From Macrostomum lignano (lineage: Eukaryota), in contig NIVC01005045.1 of NCBI GenBank assembly GCA_002269645.1, positions 1 to 27,949 of the forward strand: a DNA stretch of 27,949 nucleotides, read 5' to 3'. The first letter of the stretch is position 1. Each line of letters starts with the position of its first letter. The position numbers and the translations under genes are program-made. This document shows positions 1 through 10,636 of the stretch, in pieces. The notes beneath the pieces were generated by a model that was not told the origin of the DNA, ran no database searches, and saw nothing but the letters and a program-made list of their open reading frames with translations.

Positions 1-158
1 TATTTTAAACAAACTGAATTGAACTGAACTGTTTTGAGACCTGTTTATTTATTTAAAAGTATATCGATGACAAGTAGAAGATGTACCTTTCGATTGCTAA
101 CTATCAAAAATGAGCCAGGATTGTTTGGTACTGTGGAAAGTGCTCTAAATTCGCTCCA

Positions 159-483
159 ATGTACGCTCTCGCCAACCCTATCTAGTCTGCAAACCACAAT
201 GTACATGTACGCTCTCGCCAACTCCTATCTAGTCTGCAAACCACAATGTACATGTACGCTCGCAACCCTTTCTAGTCTGCAAAACCACATGTACATGTAG
301 CTCGCCAACCCCTTTCTAGTCTGGCAAACCACAATGTACATGTACGCTCTCGCTGACCCTAGCTAGTCTGCAAACCACAATTTACATGTACGCTCTCGCT
401 GACACGCCTAGCTATGTCTGCAAACCACAATGAGCTCGCCAACCCCTCGCTAGCCTGTGTACCCCAATGTACGCTCACGCTGA
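159..483. repeat. Degenerate ~47-bp tandem repeat (~6-7 copies)
   Basis: Unit TCTAGTCTGCAAACCACAATGTACATGTACGCTCTCGCCAACCCTA starts at 181 and again at 228, then continues with many single-base indels. Confidence 0.9.
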
Positions 484-919
484 GACAATCGCAAACCTCT
501 GGCCTAAATAATCTCAACCTAAAAAACTTTTGATGCTGGCATATATACGAGTAGAATGAATTCTTCGGACGCTCTGTGCTAGCGTTTCACTTAATTCAGC
601 TCAGACATCATGCAGAGATCAGCATCTTATTTATTACTGAAAGGGTCATGTAGCTAGAAGTCGTAAAAAACGAGATTTAACCGGACGTGCCCAGCTACAT
701 GCATATACTGACTAGGGACAGTGATTTTTTGTCCAGTATAAAAAGGACGTTGCCAATAAAAGATGTTGGGCCGTAAACCATTCAAGTCTTGGACCGGTCT
801 TTCTTGTTTCAATTTCCTTCTTTAAGTCCTTGGTTATCTGTGCCCGGTTTTCATCACCATTCAAAGTGATTGGGCGGTTTGCCAAATATCTTTCGGCTGG
901 AAATTTATCACTTTTTTGC

Positions 920-1352
920 TGGAGTCAGTCATGAGTTGGTCATATCCTGTACAGGAGAATCAGTCATGTCCTGGACAGGGGAGTTGGACATATCCTGTAC
1001 AGGAGAATCGTCATGTCCTGGACAGGGGAGTCAGTCATGTCCTGGACAAAGGAAGTCGGTTCATGTCCTGGACAGGGGAGTCCATCATGTCCTGGACAGG
1101 GGAGTGGGTCATGTCCTGGACAGGGGAGTCGGTCATGTCTGGACAGGGAAGTCGGTCATGTCCTGGACAGGGGAGTCGGTCATGTCCTGGACAGGGAAGT
1201 CGTCGTGTCCTGGACAGGGAAGTCGGTCATGTCCTGGACAGGGGAGTCGGTCGTGTCCTGGACAGGGAAGTCGGTCATGTCCTGGACAGGGAAGTCGGTC
1301 GTGTCCTGGACAGGGGAGTCGGTCATATCCTGGACAAGGGAGTCGGTCATAT
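920..1352. repeat. 24-bp minisatellite (~17-18 copies)
   Basis: Unit GTCGGTCATGTCCTGGACAGGGGA. It translates as an 8-aa period (SCPGQGSR) in the ORF track. The 5' copies are degenerate. Confidence 0.95.
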
Positions 1353-1440
1353 GTTTGCTAAAACCGTCGAATCAAAATTGTAAGAAGATTTACCAAGCAA
1401 ACCGAATCTTTCCGAACAGAATGTCTTTGTTCAAATCCTA

Positions 1441-2625
1441 GAGTTTTGGCGCTTCAATCCTACAGTTCGGGCGCTTCAAATTCTACAGTTCGGGCGCTTC
1501 AATCCTACAGTTCGGGCGCTTCAAATTCTACAGTTCGGGCGCTTCAAATTCTACAGTTCGGCGCTTCAAATCTTACAGTTCGGGCGCTTCAAATCTACAG
1601 TTCGGGCGCTTCAAATTCTACAGTTCGGGCGCTTCAAATCTTACAGTTCGGGCGCTTCAAATCTTACAGTTCGGGCGCTTCAAATTCTACAGTTCGGGCG
1701 CTTCAAATCTTACAGTTCGGGCGCTTCAAATCCTACAGTTCGGGCGCTTCAAATCCTACAGTTCGGGCGCTTCAAATTCTACAGTTTTGGCGCTTCAAAT
1801 CCTACAGTTCGGGCGCTTCAAATTCTACAGTTCGGGCGCTTCAAATCCTACAGTTTTGGCGCTTCAATCCTAGAGTTTTGGCGCTTCAAATCCTACAGTT
1901 CGGGCGCTTCAAATCCTACAGTTCGGGCGCTTCAAATCCTACAGTTCGGGCGCTTCAAATTCTACAGTTCGGGCGCTTCAAATCCTACAGTTCGGGCGCT
2001 TCAAATTCTACAGTTCGGGCGCTTCAAATCCTACAGTTCGGGCGCTTCAAATTCTACAGTTTTGGCGCTTCAAATCCTACAGTTCGGGCGCTTCAAATTC
2101 TACAGTTCGGGCGCTTCAAATCCTACAGTTTTGGTGCTTCAATCCTTCAGTTTTGGTGCTTCAATCCTACAGTTTTGGCGCTTCAATCCTACAGTTTTGG
2201 CGCTTCAAATCCTACAGTTTTGGCGCTTCAATCCTACAGTATTGGCGCTTCAAATCCCACAGTATTGGCGCTTCAAATCCCACAGTATTGGCGCTTCAAA
2301 TCCTACAGTATTGGCGCTTCAAATTCCACAGTATTGGCGCTTCAAATTCCACAGTATTGGCGCTTCAAATCCTACAGTATTGGCGCTTCAAATCCCACAG
2401 TATTGGCGCTTCAAATCCCACAGTATTGGCGCTTCAAATCCCACAGTATTGGCGCTTCAAATCCCACAGTATTGGCGCTTCAAATCCCACAGTATTGGCG
2501 CTTCAAATCCCACAGTATTGGCGCTTCAAATCCCACAGTTTTGGCGCTTCAAATCCCACAGTATTGGCGCTTCAAATCCTACAGTATTGGCGCTTCAAAT
2601 CCTACAGTATTGGCCCTTCAATCCT
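1441..2625. repeat. 23-bp minisatellite (~50 copies) with zoned variants
   Basis: Unit GGCGCTTCAAATCCTACAGTTCG. The variants TTCGGGCGC, TTTTGGCGC and TATTGGCGC dominate successive zones. The 23-aa translated period equals 3 x 23 bp. Confidence 0.95.
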
Positions 2626-3169
2626 TTTAAATTTAGTGACACAATCAGCAGCAGCAACCCCCAAAATCGGTACATACGCTGTCCATTGCACCGCCGGATA
2701 ATGTTGTCCAGAAAAGTGTTCTGGGGTGCAACGAGGCCCCGTCTTGAACCGGACATGTTCGCGAGGGCAAATATTCAAAATTAACTTGTTCACTATAGAT
2801 AGACACGTGCCCTTGGCTGGATAAGCATGTCTGTTCAGTTGCTGGGCAGAATCGTGATGTGGGATTTTGCGCGGACTAATTCGGGTGTGGCGCGACCGTG
2901 TCAACCTGTCCACCTGAGAAGTCGGGGCGGGGCTTGTCTCAGCTCCTCTGCTTCCTTCTATGGGATAAAAATCGTGGGGAGGGAGAGGCGGGTGATCCAG
3001 CTCATCATCCTGTCTGACAGCCAATCCTGGGAGTTCTGCGTGTAGCTGCAAAGCCTCGCGTGCACTGGCTGTGCTCAGCCTCATGCGGGCGAGGGGATCT
3101 GTGGGTATATAGCTAGCTGTGACCCGCCTGTGCAGTAGTATTAGTGAGTAGCGGAATAGTTAATGTTAA

Positions 3170-3555
3170 AAATTTTTTATGGTGGGCTGGGACAAAGCCA
3201 AGAATTCTAAATGTACATGTAAATTATTATCAGAATTCGTGTTGTCAGCGCTCATTTTGGCGCTGCAGACACTCATTTTGGCGCTGCATGAACTCATTTT
3301 GGCGCCGCAGGCACTCATTTTGGCGCCACATGCGCTCATTTTGGCGCCGCAGGCACTCATTTTGGCACTGCAGGAACTCATTTTGGCGCCGCAGGCACTC
3401 ATTTTAGCGACGCAGTCACTATATTTTGTCTCCATGAAGCAAAGTTATTGATTTTCATAACGGGTCACAAAGTTGGGTGGGGGGACTAAGCATTGGCGTG
3501 TCCCCATAGCTTTTACTGGAAGGTCCCCCTGTCCCCCTTGGTGGTGATACCCCTG
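3170..3555 (+). mobile_element. MITE-like element, copy 1 (left terminus missing; internal 21-bp expansion)
   Basis: Co-linear with 3584-3825 (shared TTTTATGGTGGGC, GTTGTCAGCGCTCATTTTGGCG, TCACTATATTTT, CCCCATAGCTTTTACTGG). Right terminus TGGTGATACCCCTG (3542-3555) is a 12/14 match to the reverse complement of the copy-2 left TIR. Confidence 0.7.
3248..3415. repeat. 21-bp minisatellite (8 copies) inside MITE copy 1
   Basis: CTCATTTT(G/A)G recurs at 3251, 3272, 3293, 3314, 3335, 3356, 3377 and 3398. Confidence 0.95.
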
Positions 3556-3583
3556 GTAGTAATTACTATAGTAGTGTAGTAGT

Positions 3584-3825
3584 CAGGGGTGTCGCCATGG
3601 ATTTTATGGTGGGCAGGGAAGTCAAGAATCTTACATGTACATGTACATGTACATTATTTTCAGAATAGGTGTTGTCAGCGCTCATTTTGGCGCCGAAATC
3701 ACTATATTTTGTCGCCCTGAAGCAAAATTATTGATTTCCATAACGGACAAAGTATTGACATCCCCCATAGCTTTTACTGGGAGGCATGTACGTCCCCGCC
3801 CCCCCCCCTGGTGGCGACGCACCTG
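3584..3825 (+). mobile_element. 242-bp MITE-like non-autonomous DNA transposon, copy 2, 14-bp imperfect TIRs (hAT-like CAGGGG termini)
   Basis: Left end CAGGGGTGTCGCCA (3584-3597) and right end TGGCGACGCACCTG (3812-3825) form a 12/14 inverted match. No ORF. Flanked by degenerate (TAG)n, and no clean 8-bp TSD. The superfamily call is an inference. Confidence 0.7.
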
Positions 3826-5145
3826 GTAGATTAGTAGTAATAGTAGTAATAGTAGTAGTACTATAGGTAGCCGTAGTGTCACTGGCAAGTCACTAACTTG
3901 TTGATTGCTTCAGTTAGTTGTAGGCAAAGCATAACTAATAGTCTGTTGGGCACAATTCAATTAATTGATTTTTACTACGATTCTTCTTGATGAATTTTTT
4001 GCCATAAGTTATTATTCAATTTATAAATGTAATTGCGTAAAACCATTGCCAGTATTTGTTTGATTATGCTCTTCAGAACACTTTTTAAAAAGTTGATTTT
4101 CCACGAAATGCAGCTCTAGCTTGCCCAGCCCCAGAGCTTTGATTTGTTTTGTTCTGTTGCTGTTGATACATTTGTAGTTGTTTGATAGTATTTGTTTAAT
4201 ATTCGTTTTTAGCTCGTTGTGTTTGCTGTTTATTTGGTTTCTTTCTGCTAAAATTCGACCATTGACCCCTGGAAATTGTCTAGATGCCGACTGGATCTAT
4301 CTATCTTATCTACAATACATATTATATTGTAGAATATGGAATGTATTATGTATACATGTATTATGTATATATAATACATTCCACTCTAACTCTACCTACC
4401 TGGAACCTGAGCCAACTATCTTCGACTTCTACTAGGCCCACTACTACTAAACAAATAAATCTGTATTGTAAAAATCAGTGCTGAATTATTATTAAGCACT
4501 GCATAGGCTATGTTGTTATACTATGAATATTAGATATGCCTTTCTAGCTCATTTAGTGTAGCATATTATCTATACATTTAATATAGATAGTTATATATAT
4601 AGCCTATGGTATTGCTAGTATATCTAACAAAAAAGTATAATAATATGCATTACTTAAAAAGAATTTAATAAACTTTTCTATTTGCTACTATATTAATGTC
4701 AATTTAGGCTAACATGGACCTAATATACATATGACTTATATGACATATGACTTATTAAAGTGATAAAATACATAATAAAGATATATATATTTTATGTTTC
4801 TCTATATATATTCTCTCTAGAAAATGTGACAAACCAAAAGCCATTCTAGTTAATTATCTAATTAACAAACCTGCATTAATAGTGGTAGCTCTAATATTCT
4901 TTAGGGATAGTTAGTTAGAGATATATTTGTTTAGCTAAGCAGTTCAATGGATTCCTATCCTTTAATACATTTCTCTGCTTGATATTATATATTTTTGTTC
5001 TATTAAAAATGCTAAAATGGACAAAATCAGACTTGCTATTCCTATGAGCTTTCATAACACAGTTAGAACCATGTATAAATTTATCATTTCTGCAGTAACT
5101 AACTTTAACTGGCTTATTTAACTTTACAAATCCCACAGATTCTCA

Positions 5146-8100
5146 ATGCTTCTTTCAAATTGGCTCATATTCCGCCTATGCCTAACAGTCCGCATATCCA
5201 GCGCACTCTGGAACATCATACATGATTGCGATGAGACGTACAACTACTGGGAGCCGCTGCACCACCTGCTACATGGCAGCGGCTTTCAAACCTGGGAATA
5301 TTCTCCCCAGTATGCTCTGCGCTCCTATCTCTACCTGTGGCTTTATACACCTCCAGCCATACTAATTAGCTGGCTAGGCGGCTCCAAGGTGACTCAGTTC
5401 TACGCCATCAGATTCTGGATGGCCGTCTGGACTGCGACAGCCGAGACTGTCGCCTTTGGCGCCGTGAAACAACGACTAGACAAGAATAAGTCTTTGTCAA
5501 AGTCTTTGTCCGTGTATTCGTTGGCTTTTGTCGCGTTTAGCGCCACCTCAGCCGGTTTGTTCGTGTCTGGCACGGCATTCCTGCCAAGTTCTTTCGCTAT
5601 GCAACTGGCCTATGCTTGCCTGGCTGCCTGGCTGACTGATCGATACGCTTTGGCTGTTGCTTGCATAGCCGCTATGGCTATTGTTGGCTGGCCGTTTGCT
5701 GCCGCGATTGGCCTGCCATTGGCTGTGGATTTGATTGCGCTTAAACGGAAGCCAGGGCTGTTTGTTGCGTATTCGGCTGCGTCAGGTGCGAATTTTGTGA
5801 ACGTTACATAGGGTGAAACCTAGGGTGAATCAGGGAGGGTAGAAACCCACCCCAAAGAATCAGAGAGGGTAGAAACCCACCCCAAAGAATCAGAGAGGGT
5901 AGAAACCCACCCCAAAGAATCAGAGAGGGTAGAAACCCACCCCAAAGAATCAGAGAGGGTAGAAACCCACCCCAAAGAATCAGAGAGGGTAGAAACCCAC
6001 CCAAAGAATCAGAGAGGGTAAAAATCCACCCAAAGAATCAGAGAGGGTAGAAATCCACCCCAAAGAATCAGAGAGGGTAGAAACCCACCCCAAAGAATCA
6101 GAGAGGGTAGAAACCCACCACAAAGAATCAGAGAGGGTAAAAATCCACCCCAAAGAATCAGAGAGGGTAGAAATCCACCCCAAAGAATCAGAGAGGGTAG
6201 AAACCCACCCGAAAGAATCAGAGAGGGTAGAAACCCACCCCAAAGAATCAGAGAGGGTAGAAACCCACCCGAAAGAATCAGAGAGGGTAGAAACCCACCT
6301 CAAAAATCAGAGAGGGTAGAAATCCACCCCAAAGAATCAGAGAGGGTAGAAACCCACCCCAAAGAATCAGAGAGGGTAATAACCCACCCTGGGGGTTCAG
6401 GGAGAGCAGAAACCCACCCTGAAGAATCAGAGGGGTGGAAACCCACCCTGAAGAATCAGAGAGGGTAGAACCCACCCTGAAGAATCAGAGGGTAGAAACC
6501 CACCCCAAAGAATCAGAGAGGGTAGAACCCACCCTGAAAAATCAGAGGGTAGAAACCCACCCCAAAGAATCAGAGAGGGTAGAACCCACCCTGAAGAATC
6601 AGAGGGTAGAAACCCACCCCAAAGAATCAGAGAGGGTAATAACCCACCCTGGGGGTTCAGGGAGAGCAGAAACCCACCCTGAAGAATCAGAGGGGTGGAA
6701 ACCAACCTTGAAGGACCAGAGAGGGTAGAAACCCACCTCTAAAATCAGAGAGGACAGAAACCCACTGTAAAGAATCAGAGAGGGTAGAAACTTCCGCAGC
6801 AAAGTCGTATTAAAATTGCATTGAGTCATTGTCTTCCCCTAACCAAGTGTGTGCACCCACCCCATCCGCCTTCAGGACTATCACTGGCCATCCCAGTCGC
6901 CCTGGCGGACACTTTAGCCTACGGTCGGCCAACTTTATCCCCAATAAATTTGCTTAGCTACAACGTACTCAATTCTGGTTCGCACCTGTATGGAACATCG
7001 CCTCTGAGCTACTATTTAATGAACTATGCATTGAACTTCACGCCTCTATTGCCGTTGATTCTGATTGCCGGGCTCCTCGCTACGCTGGTTGGTCAATCAG
7101 CCAGCAGGCAAGATCGCCAACTAAGATGGAAACTTCTTCTTTGGCTGAGCCCATTGCTGCTTTGGAACGCCATCTTCTTCTTGCAGGCGCACAAAGAGGA
7201 GCGGTTTCTTTATCCTTGCTATCCGTTTCTCTGCTTAGCCTTGGCAGTTGCTCTGGAGACCATTAGACACCGTCTGGGCAGCTGGGCTGTGCCCTGCATC
7301 ATTGCCGCTTTCGCCGCGTTCAGCCTGAGTCGAATTTTGGCCACCACTTTGGCTTATCAGAGTCACGTGACTATTTATCATAGATTAGTCGGGCACGGGC
7401 CCGCAGGCAGGCTGTGTCTTGGCAAAGAGTGGCACCGATTCCCCAGTGCCTTCCTGCTGCCTCACGGCTGGTCTGTGGGCTTCGTGCGCTCCGAGTTCCG
7501 GGGGCAGTTGCCGGGTCGGTTCGGACTGGCGGACCAGCCGTTTAACCTGGATAACCGTGAGGAGACGGCCAGGTGAGACGCTTCAAACAGCTAGTTTGCC
7601 AGTATCCTCAAATCTAGAGTGCCATTATCCTCAAATCTAGTTTGCCATTATCATCAAATCTAGTTTGCCATTATCCTCAAATCTAGTTTGCCATTATCCT
7701 CAAATCTAGTTTGCCATTATCCTCAAATCTAGAGTGCCATTATCCTCAAATCTAGTTTGCCATTATCCTCAAATCTAGAGTGCTATTATCCTCAAATCTA
7801 GAGGGCCATTATCCTCAAATCTAGTTTGCCATTATCATCAAATCTAGAGTGCCATTTTCATCAAATCTAGAGTGCCATTATCCTCAAATCTAGAGTGCCA
7901 TTTTCATCAAATCTAGAGTGCCATTATCCTCAAATTTAGAGTGTCATTATCCTCAAATCTAGAGTGTCATTATTCTCAAATTTAGAGTGCCATTATCCTC
8001 AAATCTAGAGTGCCATTATTATCAAATCTAGAGTGCCATTTTCCTCAAATCTAGAGTGCCATTATCCTCAAATCTAGGGTGCCATTATCATCAAATCTTG

Positions 8101-9041
8101 TTTGCCATTATCCTCAAATCTAGAGTGCCGTTATCCTCAAATCTAGCGTGCCGTTATCCTCAAATCTTGTTTGCCATTATCCTCAAATCTAGAGTGCCGT
8201 TATCCTCAAATCTAGCGTGCCGTTATCCTCAAATCTTGTTTGCCATTATCCTCAAATCTAGAGTGCCGTTATCCTCAAATCTAGCGTGCCGTTATCCTCA
8301 AATCTTGTTTGCCATTATCCTCAAATCTAGAGTGCCGTTATCCTCAAATCTAGCGTGCCGTTATCCTCAAATCTTGTTTGCCATTATCCTCAAATCTAGA
8401 GTGCCATTATCCTCAAATCTAGAGTGCCGTTATCCTCAAATCTAGCGTGCCGTTATCCTCAAATCTTGTTTGCCATTATCCTCAAATCTAGAGTGCCATT
8501 ATCCTCAAATCTAGAGTGCCGTTATCCTCAAATCTAGCGTGCCATTATCCTCAAATCTAGAGTGCCAGTATCCTCAAATCTAGAGTGCCATTATTCTCAA
8601 ATCTAGCGTGCCATTATCATCAAATCTTGTTTGCCATTATCCTCAAATCTAGAGTGCCATTTTCAAATCTAGTGTGCCATTTTCAAATCTAGTGTGCCAT
8701 TTTCGAATCTAGTGTGCCATTTTCTAAGCTAGTAAGGTATTGAAATCTAGCGTGTCATTTAAAGATTTAAGACAACGCTATGACTCCAATCCTGCAGATA
8801 CCTGAACGTCACATCCGACTGCGACTACTTGATTGACAAGCGCAGCAACGAGCTGGATTTTGTCCGCTACACAGAGCTGGAGCCTGACTACCTGGCAACT
8901 GGTGACTGGCAACTACTTGAAGATTTACCAATCCTCGAGCCGGACAAGTCGCACCGACTGTTCAGAGCATTTTACCTGCCGTGGCTGTTTGAACGAAGCG
9001 TCCGATTTTCTAGCTACGTGCTGCTTCGGCGAGTCACGTGA
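5146..9041 (+). CDS. ALG9: Dol-P-Man-dependent alpha-1,2-mannosyltransferase ALG9 (GT22); exons 5146-5785, 6876-7572, 8798-9041; 526 aa
   Basis: Hallmark motifs DCDETYNYWEP, GFQTWEYSPQYALRSY, FLPSSF, GWPF, HKEERFLYP, CLGKEWHRFPS, SEFRGQLP and RAFYLP. Splice sites CAG|GTGCGA (5785/6), TTCAG|GA (6875/6, with CTAAC at 6839), AG|GTGAGA (7572/3) and CTGCAG|A (8797/8) have compatible phases (1, then 2). The spliced CDS is 1581 nt, i.e. 527 codons. Confidence 0.96.
5823..6790. repeat. 30-bp minisatellite filling ALG9 intron 1 (~33 copies)
   Basis: Unit CCCAAAGAATCAGAGAGGGTAGAAACCCAC occupies about 970 of the 1090 intron bases. Confidence 0.96.
7598..8730. repeat. 23-bp minisatellite filling ALG9 intron 2 (~49 copies) with a 69-bp higher-order repeat
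   Basis: Unit GCCATTATCCTCAAATCTAGAGT. The variant marker ATCTTG falls at 8095, 8164, 8233, 8302 and 8371 (exact 69-bp period). Terminal units shrink to 20 bp. Confidence 0.96.
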
Positions 9042-9403
9042 TGTCTTGAACTTGTCGAGTGGATTCTTATATAAGCTCTTTATGGGTGTTAGATTTAGTA
9101 TTTAACTTAATTTTAACAATAATGCTGCAGTGCCAAGGTTCTGCCTTTTTTCCTTTCTATCGCGTCTTTTTCGTAGTTTTAATTGTTAGCATGCATTACA
9201 ATTCGTTGAATTGTTACAATACACGGCTATTATGAGTAGTACTATAGGCATTTTCATTGCATGCAGTCCTTGTGCAGTGCGTACTGGCACATTGGAATTT
9301 ATTGGAATTATCAAACAGTTGGAACAGTTTGTATTCGCTTTTATTTCTAACACACTGTCGCTTTAAAGGGCTGAATATTCCTTCGGTTCTTACTGCGCCA
9401 CCG

Positions 9404-10636
9404 CCAGTCTCCCAGATCCTCAGTTGCTGGGCCAGCCTCCCATAGTATCAGTTGCTGGGCCAGCCTCCCATAGTATCAGTTGCTGGGCCAGCCTCCCATA
9501 GTATCAGTTGCTGGGCCAGCCTCCCAAATCCTCAGTTGCTGGACCAGCCTCCCAGATCCTCAGTTGCTGAGCCAGCCTCCCATAGTATCAGTTGCTGGGC
9601 CAGCCTCCCAAATCCTCAGTTGCTGGACCAGCCTCCCAGATCCTCAGTCGCTGGGCCAGCCTCCCATAGTATCAGTTGCTGGGCCAGCCTCCCAGATCCT
9701 CAGTTGCTGGGCCAGCCTCCCATAGTATCAGTTGCTGGGCCAGCATCCCAGATCCTCAGTTGCTGGGCCAGCCTCTCAGATCCTCAGTTGCTGGACCAGC
9801 CTCCCAGATCCTCAGTTGCTAAGCCAGCCTCAGATCCTCAGTTGCTGGACCAGCCTCCCAGATCCTCAGTTGCTGGGCCAGCCTCTCAGATCCTCAGTTG
9901 CTGGACCAGCCTCCCAGATCCTCAGTTGCTGGGCCAGTCTCCCAGATCCTTAGTTGCTGGGCCAGCCTCCCAGATCCTCAGTTGCTGGACCAGCCTCCCA
10001 GATCCTCAGTTGCTGGGCCAGCCTCTCAGATCCTCAGTTGCTGGACCAGTCTCCCAGATCCTCAGTTGCTGGGCCAGTCTCCCAGATCCTCAGTTGCTGG
10101 ACCAGCCTCCCAGATCCTCAGTTGCTGGGCCAGCCTCCCAGATCCTCAGTTGCTGGGCCAGCCTCCCATAGTATCAGTTGCTGGGCCAGCCTCTCAGATC
10201 CTCAGTTGCTGGACCAGCCTCCCAGATCCTCGGTTGCTGGGCCACCAGCCTCCCAGATCCTCAGTTGATGGGCCAGCATCCCAGATCCTCAGTTGCTGGA
10301 CCAGCCTCCCATAGTATCAGTTGCTGGACCAGCCTCCCAGATCCTCAGTTGCTGGGCCAGTCTCCCAGATCCTCAGTTGCTGGACCAGCATCCCAGATCC
10401 TCAGTTGCTGGGCCAGTCTCCCAGATCCTCAGTTGCTGGACCAGCATCCCATAGTATCAGTTGCTGGACCAGCCTCCCAGATCCTCAGTTGATGGGCCAG
10501 CCTCCGAGATCTTCAGTTGCTGGGCCAGCCTCCGAGATCCTCAGTTGCTGGGCCAGCCTCCCAGATTCTCAGTTGCTGGGCCAGTCTCCCATAGTATCAG
10601 TTGCTGGGCCAGTTTCCCAGATCCTCAGTTGCTGGA
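9404..10636. repeat. 28-bp minisatellite (~44 copies) downstream of ALG9
   Basis: Units CCCAGATCCTCAGTTGCTGG(G/A)CCAGCCT and CCCATAGTATCAGTTGCTGGGCCAGCCT. The 28-aa translated period equals 3 x 28 bp. Confidence 0.96.

Noticed and set aside
870-2784. Long ORFs (163, 155, 142, 394, 240, 182 aa) with periodic Cys/Gly/Ser peptides
   Set aside because: They are open in several frames only because the 24-bp and 23-bp units lack stop codons. They are repeat artefacts with no start or splice context.
4309-4333. 9-bp hairpin TCTACAATA/TATTGTAGA
   Set aside because: Expected by chance in very AT-rich DNA.
5804-6829. Minus- and plus-strand ORFs (GGFLPSLILW / WVSTLSDSLG repeats)
   Set aside because: Translations of the 30-bp intronic array inside ALG9 intron 1.
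9027-9041. ALG9 C-terminal RRVT as an ER-retrieval (KKxx-like) signal
   Set aside because: Arg at both -3 and -4 is not the canonical di-lysine motif, and the topology of the tail is not established from sequence.
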